From assembly GCA_028534125.1 (NCBI GenBank), contig CM052840.1:7564001-7628000 (forward strand): a stretch of 64,000 bases of DNA. Direction: 5' to 3'. The stretch comes from Lama glama (Eukaryota). The notes below the pieces were generated by a model. The model saw nothing but the letters and a program-made list of their open reading frames with translations. It was not told where the DNA came from and ran no database searches. Below, in pieces: positions 24,004 through 36,661 of this stretch. The stretch's first letter is position 1, and every line of letters starts with the position of its first letter. The position numbers were made by a program, and so were the translations under genes.

Positions 24004-26719
24004 ACCTTGGGTGTTATTTTTTTTTTTTAACTGCTCCCTGGCATAAATGTTCAAGTTGCAATTTGCTACAGTGAGACTCTCTTAACATTTATTCTCAAAA
24101 CAATAATTATATGCAAATATGCCAGAGATGCATATGTGCCCAGAAGTGCATATTGTTCACATTGCTCAGAAGTAAATACCTTTAGATACCTTTGGATCAA
24201 TCAAGTTTTAAAAAAAGAATATGATAGGGAAAAGGGAAGTAGTTTATCTAACTTCAAGCAAGCTATCTCCTCCATCCCTGTTTACACCTGATAATACATT
24301 CGCCCATTAAGCATTTAACTTATTTCCTTAAGGTCAGGTTGCAAAGGAGTCAATTCAAGTTGGGGCGTCAGGGACAATTTCACATGGGAAATCCACTTTA
24401 TACCTACAGCAGGTGTGTGTCTTGGCTCGGAGAACAGGCTGTCTCCGAGGTGTGGTGTCAGGTGTGGTGGCCCCCGTGTGTTCTCTGGAACATCTCGGGG
24501 TCATTGGTTTAATATTAGCCCCAGGCACATCAGCCTGGCAACAGGAGACCCTAAAGCTACCTTCTCTCCAGGAGATGAGGTTATTTTGAAATGGTTGAAT
24601 GTGTGAAGATAATGTTACGATAATTCATTTAGTTGGAGTGACCAGGAGGAGGAATGGGAAGGGAGGGCAATCTAAATGTAAGCCAGTATCTCTAGAGAAT
24701 GTGAAAAATGTCAAGTTCCATGTTCAGAAGCCTGAGGGGATTTTGACGCCCATGAGCTCACTTTGGACTCTCCCCACCCTCACCCAAAGGTCTCAGGACA
24801 CACGGCTGGAACGCGGAAGGGAAGTGAGTGTTGTTCTTCACCCACAAGTGAGGCCCCAGGATTTCCATTTAGAAAAATATGGTCCATTTAGAAAAAATAA
24901 AATTGGTTATTGCCTGCTGGCCCAATTTAATGTGCCACACAATTATGAAGTACCTACTGTGTGCAGCGCTAACTGGCAAAGGCTGTGGAAGGTTCTAAGT
25001 TGTTAAGGCACTTAGGAAGACAGATGCATAGATAAATAACTTGAACACACAGAAGGCTGCAAGAGTGGGTAGAATGCGAGAATGGAATGAAAGATCCATG
25101 TCTTCTGATTGTGGTTTAGTTACTCCTTTATTTACTCTTCATCCTACAGCACACCAATCTAATAGCTGTGCCTAAAACATCAGGGAGTAACTAACTAGAC
25201 AGGGAAAGCAACCTCTTTCTCCGCAGTGTGTATAGTAGGGCAATTCAATAATGCAGCTGGTTTTATTTGAGGGTCAGGAAAAAATCATTCTCATTGAATA
25301 TGGTCATGTGGCATATTTTCCTGGGGTGCACACGAGCAGAGTCTTTGAGTCCTGTGGCAAGACTTACGAGGACATTTTGCCTGTGCAGACTAGCCCAGGG
25401 CAGTGAGGTTCTAGAATTTGAACCTTTAGAGCAGAGTTTTTCACAGCTTTCGCTGGTTGTCTATTTCAGCCTGGAACCATTTTCATCTTGAGGAAATTCT
25501 TTACGTATAGTTCAGGCCCCTCAGACGATCGGTTTATTTTGTCCCTGTTTCCAGATCCGGGAGCCTAGGCCACTCCTTCTTTCTACCCTAACGAATAGGG
25601 GAGCCTTTCCCAGACACGCAGCCTTTGTGAAATTACAAATAAGTCGATAACTACAGGACTGACCCGCTTACTGGGGCGTGAACTGCCCGCGCCACGTCCT
25701 CGTATGGAAACCGGAGGCCAGTGTCAAAGGAGGTCGACGTGATGGCAGGATCTCAGGTAGAGGGAAATTAAAAGCAATAGACTCAGCCTTGTGCTGGGGC
25801 GATCTGGAAGGCAGCGGGGTGGAACGGCCTGGGCGAGCCTCCTTGTCAGGCCTCCAGTGGCCCTTTTCAGAGCAGGAGCAGACCTTACAAAGAGGCACTG
25901 ACCTCGCCTTTCAGATGACTAGCAGCTCACCATGATAACTAACCCCGCGGGGATTTCTTTACAGTGATGTATGATAAAGGTCAGTCTGAATCAGGAAGAA
26001 GTCTGAAATGGAGGAGGTGTTTAAGAAATGCGCTTTTATTACTTCTAAGAGCATATGATAACTCAAGCACACAGACCCGGTCCTGTTAAAAGGACCCCCT
26101 TTAACGAAACAACAGGAGGCATTTCTAAAGAACATCACATCAACCATTTTATGTAAATGATGCTCATAAAGATGCGGGGAGATTACATGAAAATCTTTCA
26201 CTCTCTTAAGTGTGGTAGATATCCACTTGAAATCTTTAAACTTGCAATTTGTCCTAGTGAATAAAGGATGGATTTGCTTAAATAAAGGTAAAATTTTTGC
26301 CTAGCCAGATAGATAGAAGAATCACAAATTCTCAATTAGTGGACATTTGAATTAAAGGGAGTGAAAATACCATGATTTTCATTAAGATTCTGACTATACT
26401 CAGAAAACTCTCATAGAGATCCTGCTGAATTCGTATTCAGGTGATTTGGAGCTGGACTGAAATTTTAAAGAAAGTGTTTACCAAAGCCACCGTGACTATA
26501 AGGTTAAACGCAAGAGGATCATCGTGGTTTCAAGACCTTTTCGAGAATCCCTTTTCATTCCCCTTCCGTCTCTCTCCACATGAGAAATAGATCCACAGGA
26601 TGACACTGGCACTGCTGAGCCAGCTCCCCTTTTTCCAGGCGCACAGGCTAAACATTATTCACCCCCCACCCTTCTCGGACACCCACACAACAATGCCTAT
26701 TTATTCCTGTGAAGTGTGT

Positions 26720-27560
26720 CTTATCAGTTCTTTTTCCTCCACCTTCTTGGAGTCTTCCTGGTCTATCGTAGCAGCTTTCTTATATCTTCTTGCCCCCTGT
26801 TTCTGCTCCCTCTGATTCATTCTACTCACTACCAACTAATTAACTTCCCTAAAGCATGACTTTGATCGTATCTCTTCTGCTTTTATACGTTCAGTGGCTC
26901 AAGATTACTACCAAATACAGAGTAAAACTCTCAGCCTGGAATCTCAGTGTCTGGTCTGATCAGCCTTCTGTTCCCTTTAAGTGCCCTCAGTCCAACCAAA
27001 CTGGTCCCAGTGCCCAAGCTCATTTCCCCCTTCTCCATCACAGCCCTTTTATAAATGATCCGCCTCTATTTCTGCCCACCTCGCCCAGCTCTCCTTTCAA
27101 TCCAATTCACTTTCGTTCACTTAGTCATTTATTTCATTGTGTTCATTCAGCAAACCTTCGCCAATTGTTGGGCACGGCCTCCGAGAAGCATTCCCTGATT
27201 TCCCTAGCTGGAAGTCGCCTCTTCCCCCTCAGTAACATTTTAGTGCTTTCTACTGCTCTGAGATTTCTCACAGGCTGCAAGTCAGGTCCTGGCTCTGCCG
27301 ACCGCATTGTCCAAACCTCTGTCCCCCCGTCTGTGAACTAATGGTTCCCTCCTCCTGGGGTGGCTGGGTGATTGTGCTGATTAAATGTGGGGATGTGTGC
27401 AAAGTGCCTCAAGAGCGTCAGTGTCCTTGGGGTGAACTGTTATTGTTCTTGCTATTATTATTCACTGTGTTATTTTACGCCATTGAATTCCCCCCTGAGC
27501 CAAGGGCTATGATCTGAGATCCTGTACCCTCTCTAGAATCTGCCTTTCAGGCAGTGTTTG
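26720..27560 (+). mobile_element. L2 fragment with an inserted MIR (about 27270-27460)
   Basis: ttcagtggctc...caaatacagagtaaaactctcagcctggaat (L2); gtcctggctctgcc...ctctgtcccccgtctgtgaa...gattaaatg (MIR). Confidence 0.6.
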
Positions 27561-27756
27561 CTTTCATCATCTAATCAAGACGTTAACACCTCTTATGTTC
27601 TCTCAAGAGAAAAGAGTTGATTGGGAGTCTCCGGGCTGGAATCGAGGATTCCTCAGGCTCCCAGGTAGCCCTCCCTCTTGCCCTGTGTCAGTTCTTCTCT
27701 CCACATCCATTCTATTCTGTCTTCCTTACCAATGGCTTCTGTGGCTGGTTCAGAGT

Positions 27757-28610
27757 CAGGACCTGCTCCGCACTCTGCTGTTCATTGCAAAATGAAACAA
27801 GGGGCCCCTTGTTCAAAAAGGGGGAAAAGAATGCTGTCAAATGTGAACTAAGATATAAAGTTTTTCCTTTCTTCAGAAGCCTCGTTCTTCCTATCTCTTT
27901 TTGTTTCCACTGTGTGGTGTTTTATATTTGCTATTTAATACCATCCTTCTTCAGGCATGGGGATACCTGCAGAGCCGTGCGGACCCTTACTGATGCCTAA
28001 GGACCCAGCCCTGCAACTTTGCACCTGCAGCTGGGTTCCTCTTCCCTGCCACCCATCAGATGGGAGCATCGTGCCCAGGGGAGGGGCACGTCAGTTGAGG
28101 CAGGCATCATCTCTTCCCAGGCACTCACTGCCCCAATCCAAGGCCGACAGGCAAACCCCACGGCTCCATGGTATTGCAACCTCCACCTGGGATGATGCAC
28201 TAGGTACCTGGATCAGGGGAGGAGGAGAGATTTGCTCCACTGAACTGCCCACCAAATGAGCCGTGGTGTGCCAGCCTGAGGCAGGGACAGCTGTCACCAT
28301 ACCCCATATCTAGATGCCACAGATCACAGGAGCCTGACCCTCCCTGGCCTAAACTCAGTTCCCTGCTAGCTGGTGTGCAGCAGGGGAGGGAAGGAGAGCA
28401 TGGGGCAGTGAGGAAGAGCAGGTCTGAGCAGGGCAGGGAGGCAGCTGCAGGAGGCAGGGCTGTGTGAGATGAGGCTATGGCCCTTGGTGCATATTCCATT
28501 GTCCCATCCACTTTGCTAACAAAACCCAAATTCAGAAATAAAATGAAGCACTAAATCCACCCGTGGGGCCCTGTTTGGCCATTGGCTGCATGCCTATGAA
28601 GCCGGTCCTG
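27757..28610 (-). mobile_element. MER45-family (MER45B/C-like) hAT-Tip100 DNA transposon, complete with TIRs
   Basis: TIRs caggacctgct (27757) and agccggtcctg (28610); subterminal tgcaaaatgaaa..ggggccccttgttcaaaaa and gcctatgaagccggtcctg typical of MER45. Confidence 0.82.
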
Positions 28611-28689
28611 TTTTGACTTTTTAAAAACAGCAACATCCACCTGGAAGAATATAGCTCTGTATTATCACTTCTCATTGCAGCTTCTGCAG

Positions 28690-28920
28690 TTAAGTAGTTT
28701 ATTCTTTCAGTTTCCAGAAATTAATTTACTAAAAGAGAAATCTGACTAGCCCAGCTCTTTTTCTTTCTCTCTCTCTCTTTTTTTTAAAATAAACCTCATC
28801 AGCCATTGATTGCTGTCTAGCCAGTGGATTGTCTGCTCTTGGGACAGGTGTAATTCCTGTTTCAATCATCTGGACCAGGGCAAAGTCATGTCGCACGGCC
28901 ATGATTTAGGGGGGCTGTGG
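28690..28920 (-). mobile_element. Old MaLR LTR fragment (MLT1K/L-like), probably continuous with 27600-27750
   Basis: agagaaatctgactagcccagct...cttgggacaggtgtaattcctgtttcaatcatctggaccaggg. Confidence 0.45.
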
Positions 28921-29269
28921 AAAGGATGGCAATGATTAATACCTTTCGTATGGAGCTCAACAGATACGTTGGAATGAATGAATTTGACTTTTATTTTAAT
29001 TTAAAGAGGTCCATTGAGACCTCCACTTAGCAATGTTTTGTTGCCAAAGTTATGATTGCACTTTATATATGGAAGGACTAAATGTTTTGTTAAAATGTAT
29101 ACTTTGGTATACATCATTTTCAGAAATTTATACTGGCTGCCATGTATTTTGTCTGAATTAATGAGGTCTTAAGGCATGTAAAGTCATGGGCTTCACAGAA
29201 CATTATAAATTATCTTGTTCAGTTCTTATCATTTCATGAATGTAGAATGCATGAATTAGGCCGTGACAA

Positions 29270-30130
29270 AATAGGGCAATTAAACATAATACTAAAACTA
29301 GAAAGAGTAAAGAGACATCTTAATGAGTAAAACCGCCAAAACAAACAAAAAAATCACACAATTTCTCCAAGTCAAAATAAAAAAAGAATTGAAAATTAAC
29401 AAAAATATCTAAGATTTACAGATAAAAGAGTTAATATCCTTAATATACAAGGCATTCAAATCAATCAGTAAGGGAAAAAATTGATAGGAAAATTGACAAC
29501 AGGAATGGGTAGGCACATCACACAGAAAAGAGTACAAATTGCCAGTAAAATGTTCAACTTCACTATTTAAAAAAGAAATGAAAATGAAAAAGACAATGGA
29601 TATAAGTTTTCTCTAAGTTGGCAAAGATGCAGAAGAATGATAAAACCCACGTTTCATCTATAGTAGATGAAACAGGAGCGCTCGTGTGCTTAGGAGAATA
29701 CTTTGAAACAGCCTATTGAAGATCAATTTGGCAATATTTATCAAAATGTAAAAGGTACATGAGTTCTGACTCTAAATGTTTACTTTTTGATTTGATTCCA
29801 AAGAAGCACTTATATATGCGAACAATGGTATATGTGTAGACTGTTTCATTGCACTATTAGTTGCAAAACTGACAAATTTGAAATGTCCAAAAATCTATCA
29901 AGAGAAGAAAATCTAAGTAAATTTATGATGCTTTAGTCCATCTGATGAAATACTATATTGCCAATACCGAGAGTACAGAAGATCTATATGCACCTACGTG
30001 GAAAGATGTCCAAGTTATATTGTTAAGTTTTAAAAAAGTTAAAGAAAAACATCTATGTTATGAACCCATTTACATAAAAATGTCTATATATTATTATATA
30101 TTAGTTAAAATCTATTAAACAATCTATACA
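29270..30130 (+). mobile_element. L1ME ORF2 3' end and 3'UTR
   Basis: A-rich; acagataaaagagttaatatccttaatataca...aatttggcaatatttatcaaaatgtaaaa. Confidence 0.75.
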
Positions 30131-30383
30131 ACAACATAAAATCGATACCATGGGACAATTTTGTAAGATAGTTTGTATGCTGCATCTGTTTGTGGGTTCA
30201 TAAAAATATCACATGAGCCCTTCTCAGAGGGGTGTTGGAGGTTGGCAGCACATCATTCCTGCTCTCAAAGAGCTGAGAGTCTCGGAGAGATAAGACTGGC
30301 TAATGACAAAGAATGAACAGAATAGAACAGAGCATTGGTGGCTGCTTGTTTAGGTCTGTTTCCACCCCCACCCCCCACCCAGT

Positions 30384-30540
30384 GGGGAGGGAATTAGATT
30401 TGTTTGTTTGTTTATTTATTTATTTTGTGCAGAGGTGGTAATTAGGTGTATTTTTTTTTCCCAGTGGAGGTACTGGGGATTGAACCCAGTACCTCATGCA
30501 TGCTAGGCATGCACTCTGTCACTGAGCTATACCCACCCCC
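30384..30540 (-). mobile_element. Vic-1-type SINE, copy 3, with duplicated tail unit
   Basis: ggaggtactggggattgaacccagtacctcatgcatgctaggcatgcactct..cactgagctataccc; two tail units (gggaattagatttg.., ggtaattaggtg..). Confidence 0.9.
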
Positions 30541-31579
30541 TGGTGGGTACTGGCTGAATGAAGCATTTTCATGCTCACAAGAACCCTGAGAAGTAGACGT
30601 AGATCCCCATTTTTCAGATGACCAGAGTTACCCAGAAACACGAGGTGGTGCTAAGTACATGACCAATCATTTCCCGATTGTCCTGAGATAAACAGAATCT
30701 CACAACTTCCACATCTATATGTCCCTTGTGGCTGTGGCCCATCACCAGCTCTATTGTAAAAAAAAAAAAAAATTCTTCTTGAATACAGAAATTAAAACTA
30801 ACCCAGACATATTCTGATTACATATATGAACATTTGCAAAAATATGAGGAGAATTCCACTTCCTCCCACTTTCTTTCTGCTATAACGTCACAGATTTTTC
30901 ATTTTTCTTTTGCATTTTACTCAATATTTACAGTGACAGGGTCCTTCAAGAAGCCATGGGTCCCAGGCCTTGTTGTGTCATTTGCTGCTTCTGGGCTCCG
31001 GGCAAGCCCAATGGTAAAAGTATCCCTAACAGACCTGCTTTGTTTGTCCACCTCCAGATGAAATGAGAGACAGGTGAGCCCTTTGAACCCTATAAAACAA
31101 TGGAGATGGCAGGTTTCTCCTCCACCAGACTCGGAGCTGGGTTTTTTCCTTCCCATCTCCCTGAGTGAAGCATCATCCCACAGAACCAGGAAGCAAGGAC
31201 ATTTTCTGTCTGAGAACCAGCTCACGTGCCTCGCCGTGCGACATATGGAGATCTTTCTTTGGAGAGCTTGCTCGGCCAGGTGAACAGCTGTTGCTGGGTG
31301 CCCTTATGAATAAGCGGCAATAACTCTGATAGAGTGAGCTTAAGAAGACAGCTTAACTACTTTACCGCAAGAGTAGGCTCGTTTTGGGTTTTCCTTAGCT
31401 TCTGCCACCCCTGGATTTATTTCTCCTGCTTTTGTGTATTTGGTGATCATGTAAGTTGGCATTCGCTTAAGAAAAATGCTCTTTGGGAACTGCAGATATT
31501 ATGACTTGACAAAATATAGGTTGGCTGGCAAAATGCACAGAAAAACAGATTTTTATTAATATAATAGAGGGGTAAACAT

Positions 31580-32110
31580 CCATAGGTATCAAATGCCTTA
31601 AAATACATCCATCTTTTGTCCCAGTAATTTCATTGCGAGGGGCTTATCTCCCATAATATTGGATAACTGTGAAAATCTGTATTTTTAAGGAGGTTTATTA
31701 CAGTATTATTTATAATGATAAAAATGAGAAACAATCTCATTGTCCAACAGTAGAAAATTTGTTAAATAAACGAAGGCACACCAACATGATAAAATATATG
31801 CAATTAGAAAAATGATGTGGCGGATGTCTGTATTAAGATACATATGTGCACACACACAGATATCTGGAGAAGTAATCTGTTGTTAAAATCGAGTTGTAAA
31901 ACCATAAGTGTGTAGTAAAATCTCATTTTATTTTAAAGTCGGTATCTTCATTTCTTTATGAATTCTGAAAGATTATGTAACAAAATGTGTATGTATGTGT
32001 TTATCTTCTGTCATCATCCAGAGATAACCACTGTATTTATATATATATATATAAAATCTCCTAAATTTTCCAAAATGGCCATATATTATTATTGCATTTA
32101 CCAAAAAAAC
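31580..32110 (+). mobile_element. L1ME 3' fragment
   Basis: ttttgtcccagtaatttca...tttattacagtattatttataatgataaaaa...tgtccaacagtagaaaatttgttaaataaa. Confidence 0.7.
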
Positions 32111-32680
32111 ATGTATTTTTTTTCTTTAAATATAGAATTATGAAAATCTTGTTTTCTTCCACAAAGATCAAATGTATAAATACAAAAGAATCTCCACTTA
32201 CTGTATAAAGAACTCTGGTGGGGGATATATATAATGAAGACCTTACATCCACCAAGAATTACTTTCCTGGATGTGAATTGGCCAAATTTTCAGAATTTTA
32301 TGTCACTTTCCAGCAATTTCCCTAGTCTTAAATCTCTGATCTGTCTTTGACCACTTTCTCTCTCTTTTTAATCTTTAGACACTGGGATTCACACATATGC
32401 TTCTTCTTTATTCCACTGTAATACAAGTGCTGAATTGTCTGTTTACCCCATAGACGCTGAGCTCCTTGTGGACAGGGGGCCTGGTGGTAGACCTGTAGTC
32501 TCTCCATAAGAGGGAGAGGCATAAGTGAAGAGTGTTTGTTAGCGAGTTATAGAGGGAGATAAATCACGGTGAAAAAGGATGGACAGGTTGCAGAGAAGAT
32601 GGTATTTGACATGACTCTGAAGGATTTGTCCAGGCAGAAATGCAGAGAGGGAGGCCATCAATTCCAGGCTCAAGGACCCA

Positions 32681-32791
32681 CAGATTGACAACCAACCTGG
32701 CGTGTGAAGCACTGAGTTGTCTCCTGGGACGAGGGCCTTTCAGAGCTGAAACCGGAACAGTCCTTGGCCAGCTGGGTTGATTGGTCACTCG
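32681..32791 (+). mobile_element. MER81 hAT-Blackjack MITE inserted in an L2
   Basis: ctgggacgagggcctttcagagctgaaaccggaacagtccttggccagctgggttgattggtcactc resembles MER81 (ccgggacgcgggactttcagtgctaaaaccgggaaagtcccgggcaaaccgggacgagttggtcaccc). Confidence 0.7.
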
Positions 32792-34959
32792 ATGGTGGAA
32801 CAGTGTAATCAAGGCAGGAAGACAGGGAAGCAAATTTGGGAAATAGGTTGTACAGTTTGGTTAGAGCATGGCTTAAGAATAGGGAAACTGTGCAGTAAGG
32901 CTAGGAAGGTCAGGTTAGGACTTTGAAGAGGGCCTTGAATGCCAGACTGAGACTCTTGGACTTCATTCTGTACAAGCAGTAAGATCAAAGCCACTTGAAA
33001 TCCTAAGGCTTGACTCTCCAGCACAGCACACATGAGCCTCTCTCTCTCCCTCTCTCTCCAAGATCTCTCTCCAAAGGCATCCTTACATTCTCGGTTCTCC
33101 TCTCTTGACCTGCTTTTTCCCTCTTATAAAACATACCTCGAATTTTCAAATGTCATCATCAAATCCAAGTGAGCATTGCCTCGCCTTGTCAGAGGAAAAC
33201 CGCTTTTCCCCTGGTGGGGGTGGACTCTGCCGATTCCTCCAGCTTCACACCCAGCCCCTCTGTGACCAGCGACGTGTGTGAGAGGCGGCTGGCTGAGATT
33301 CAAGACAGGGGCGGCGGTGTCTGGGGAGCAGAGCAGAGGCGGGGGCTCCTAGGGAGGGAGAGCTGGTGACCCTGGCCTCATTAGCACTGGGCTGCGGAGC
33401 AGGGAGCCATGGGCCATGCCGGGAACATCTGAGGAGAAGCTTGGGGTGTTACAGCATCTGGGTCTACACAGAAGCCACTGCCATCCGCATCCTGGTCTCT
33501 GTCTGTGCACTATAACAACTGACAAAGAGGGCNNNNNNNNNNNNNNNNNNNNNNNNNNNNNNNNNNNNNNNNNNNNNNNNNNNNNNNNNNNNNNNNNNNN
33601 NNNNNNNNNNNNNNNNNNNNNNNNNNNNNNNNNNNNNNNNNNNNNNNNNNNNNNNNNNNNNNNNNNNNNNNNNNNNNNNNNNNNNNNNNNNNNNNNNNNN
33701 NNNNTCCCATGCAGATCAGAGCCTCACAACTTCAAAAATTCCCCAAGCAGCATCTCAAACTTACCCTACTCCGCACGGTACCTTCCCTTGGAACCACAGC
33801 TCAAAAAATCTTTGCTTCCATCCTTCCCTTTTCTCCCCTGCCTAGCCCCAAGAAAACTATAAAAAGGGGGCTTTATGCTAACAGTGTCATGCCCGGAAAT
33901 GAATCGTAGCGATTCCTCTCATGACCAAGTCCCTCAAGATGAAGAGAGCGAGCTGTCCCCCTGGTCTGTGACTTCGTTTATTCACCCGTCACTGCTGACA
34001 ATCCTTTCACAAGGCAGCTCTGCCTCTAGGATGGTTTGACATAAATCAGGGGCTCCTCAGCTCACCTGCTCATGGCGGGGGATGGATTTGGCAGGTTTTC
34101 AGGTTCCCGTGAAACAGATCTCTGGACCTGGAGAGCCAGACTGGGACTCAGAAGGTAGCATTCAGCAACGAGAGCACTATCGGCTGATCCCCATCTCGTG
34201 CTGTTTTTCACTTACCAGGCACAAATCCAGCCCTTTGAGTCTTGGTTGTTACCTCCGATTAAACATCAAGAAGCTTCGGATGTACTTCTCTTTGTGCAAT
34301 TGTCATGTTCCTGAAAAGTTGTAGATAATGTGATTTCTTTGGGTCAACATGATCTTGTGTTTCCAGCAACTCTTTCTGAGAGACATCCCAGGCTGCTCTT
34401 TCCATGACATGTGAACTTTTTCTGCCTCCCGCAGCCTACCCCAGCCACTTTGTGAAATATTTAATGAAAGGAAAAAATATGTATATATTAGAAAAGAACC
34501 GTGAAAAAGAATGCTAAAGCCAATCCTTTCATAATGTGTGAATCCTCACCCTTAGTGTATCTATTTTGTCATCATGGATTCTTATTTGCCAAGTTTTTCT
34601 AAGTAGAGCTTCATCTACAGTAATGTCCCTGGTGAGTCAAAACAGCTGGCTGTTGTTTTCTTTTTTTAATGAATGTATAAAGCTAAATCCAGCAAGTTCA
34701 ATTTGATGAGAAATGTCTTTTTTTAAGTATAGTCTTATTGGGCAAGCGTCCCTTTACAAACTGCATTTAGTTTTGAGGTCCTGCCTCAAACAAACAAGAA
34801 GATAGTGGAAAGACTCAGGCCACAGTCAAAAACTGGTTTCAGATGTGATACTCAGGCACTGAAGAAAATAATGGTTAGCCCGCCTGGCCAAGGAGAGGAT
34901 TGAATTAGATAAGGAATGGGAAGGCTTGTGAAGCTTTGACGGAGGGTAGTGTCGTGAGG

Positions 34960-35190
34960 CATCAGTGTGGGTGTGGCTTTGTATCCTGAAGTCCCGGGAC
35001 GGGGCTTGAACACCGGCTCCACCTCCTACCAGCTGTGGGGCTTTGAGTTACGTGTCTCCTCCAAGTCTTACTTTCCTACCTGTAAGATGGGTATAAAACA
35101 AAGCCTACCCATAATGCCCTTTTGAGGGTCGTGGGAGATAACGCACACAGGCCACCTAGCGCAGTGCCTGACCATCGCAGTAACTCCCAG
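34960..35190 (+). mobile_element. MIR SINE; a second MIR on the minus strand follows at about 35210-35325
   Basis: ccggctccacctcctaccagctgtg...tttcctacctgtaagatgggtataa...ctagcgcagtgcctgac; then cccgttttgcaaagagg..cagagaggtt. Confidence 0.75.
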
Positions 35191-35809
35191 CTTAGACGAA
35201 CCAGAACTGTGGTCTGTGGTGATCTTCCCAGCTTCTCTGTGAGGGTGGCAGGACAACAGCCCGTTTTGCAAAGAGGGCACTGGAATCCAGAGAGGTTCAA
35301 AGTGTTGCCAGATCACACAATGAGCGAAGAGGAGAAAAGGCCAATGAGTTCCAAGAGCTCGAGGATTGCCACCCTTCGGTTCGCCCACTGGACCCTGGGA
35401 AACGTTGCAGAAGATGCAAGTCCTCACTTCCTTCCCCGCACGCTGGTATCCGTCCTGACGGGCCAGGGTGCAGGGAGAGGGAGTCCCTGGATGTCAGGCT
35501 GCTGAGGTCTAGGCTAGTCCCAGCTCTTCTCCTACCAGAAGGGATGCTTAAATGGTAAGAGCTTTCAGTGAAAGACAGCTAGCTTTTTGTCAGGGGTTGT
35601 GCTAGATGTTTTCCCCGCATTAGTGCCACCGGTGGCAGATTTTGCAAATGACAGACCGGGCTCAGAGAGGTAGGTGACTTGCTGGGGAGAGCTAGCAAGG
35701 TGGCCCCTTCATGGCTGAAATCAACTAGTTCAGTCAGTTTGAGTCCAAGTGAGACTCTCAGTCACGCTGCTGTGTGGTGACTGAATTTCAGGCTTAAGGT
35801 TCCCTCAAG

Positions 35810-35980
35810 CAGAAGTGACCAAACCGGACTGATCATCAGAATTGCTTTAAGTGCTTAGAAAATAATGCAGAATCCTAGGGACTTGGAGATGCTGATTCAG
35901 TAAGTCTGAGTGGGGACCAAGAATCTGTTTCTCAGAAACCTCAGGTGAGTCTTGCGATCGGGCAGGTGTGGGGAGTCAAC
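35810..35980. mobile_element. MER5 hAT-Charlie MITE
   Basis: catcagaatt...aatgcagaatcctaggg...gagatgctgattcagtaagtctgagtggggaccaagaatctg. Confidence 0.75.
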
Positions 35981-36306
35981 TTCAGGGCACACATCCGCTG
36001 TCCCCCAGAGAGCCTGCCCTTACAGGTGGGTCAGTTCGCTACTTGCTTGTCCTGTGAGACCATTATTTCTGGTGCCTACCTCATGCTGAGGCTCAGAGTT
36101 TCAGCCCACACAACAAACATTTATTGAGTGCCTACTGTGAACACCTCACCTGGGGGCTCTGAGACCAGTAAGTGATGACCCCTCGGCCAGCTGTGTCACA
36201 ACCCGGGGTTGATCTGTAAGCAAGCTTCCGGAAGCATGGTTCTTTGCAAAAGTTTTAGTTATTTTGCACGTATCTGTGTCCTCTGCTGTCCCAGAGATCA
36301 AGAGGC

Positions 36307-36661
36307 TTTTTTTCTTCCTTATTGATGTATAGTTGATTTACAGTGTTGTGTTAGTTTCTGGTGAACAGCATAGTGATTCAGTCATACATGTGTGTATCTG
36401 TTTCATTATGGGTTGTTATGAGCTATTGAATGTAGTCCCCTGTGCTGCACAGTGGGATGTTGTTATTTATCTGTTTTATATATAGTAGTTCATATCTGCA
36501 GATCCCAAACTCCTAATTTATCCCTCCCCACCTTTCCCCTTTGATAATTATATGTTTGTTTTCTATGTCTTTGAGTCTGTTTCTGTTTTGTAAATAAGTT
36601 AACCTGGGTCATTTTTTTTTTTAGACTCCATATATAAGTGGTATCATATGATATTCGTCTT
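36307..36661 (-). mobile_element. Young artiodactyl/camelid L1 3' end, 5'-truncated
   Basis: tattgatgtatagttgatttacagtgttgtgttagtttctggtgaacagcatagtgattcag...tcccaaactcctaatttatccctcccc...ccatatataagtggtatcatatg; homologous to 10759-11065. Confidence 0.9.

Noticed and set aside
26856-27341. 161-aa ORF, the longest without gaps
   Set aside because: Lies in pyrimidine-rich L2/MIR sequence, is low-complexity (S/P/L) and shows no recognisable domain.
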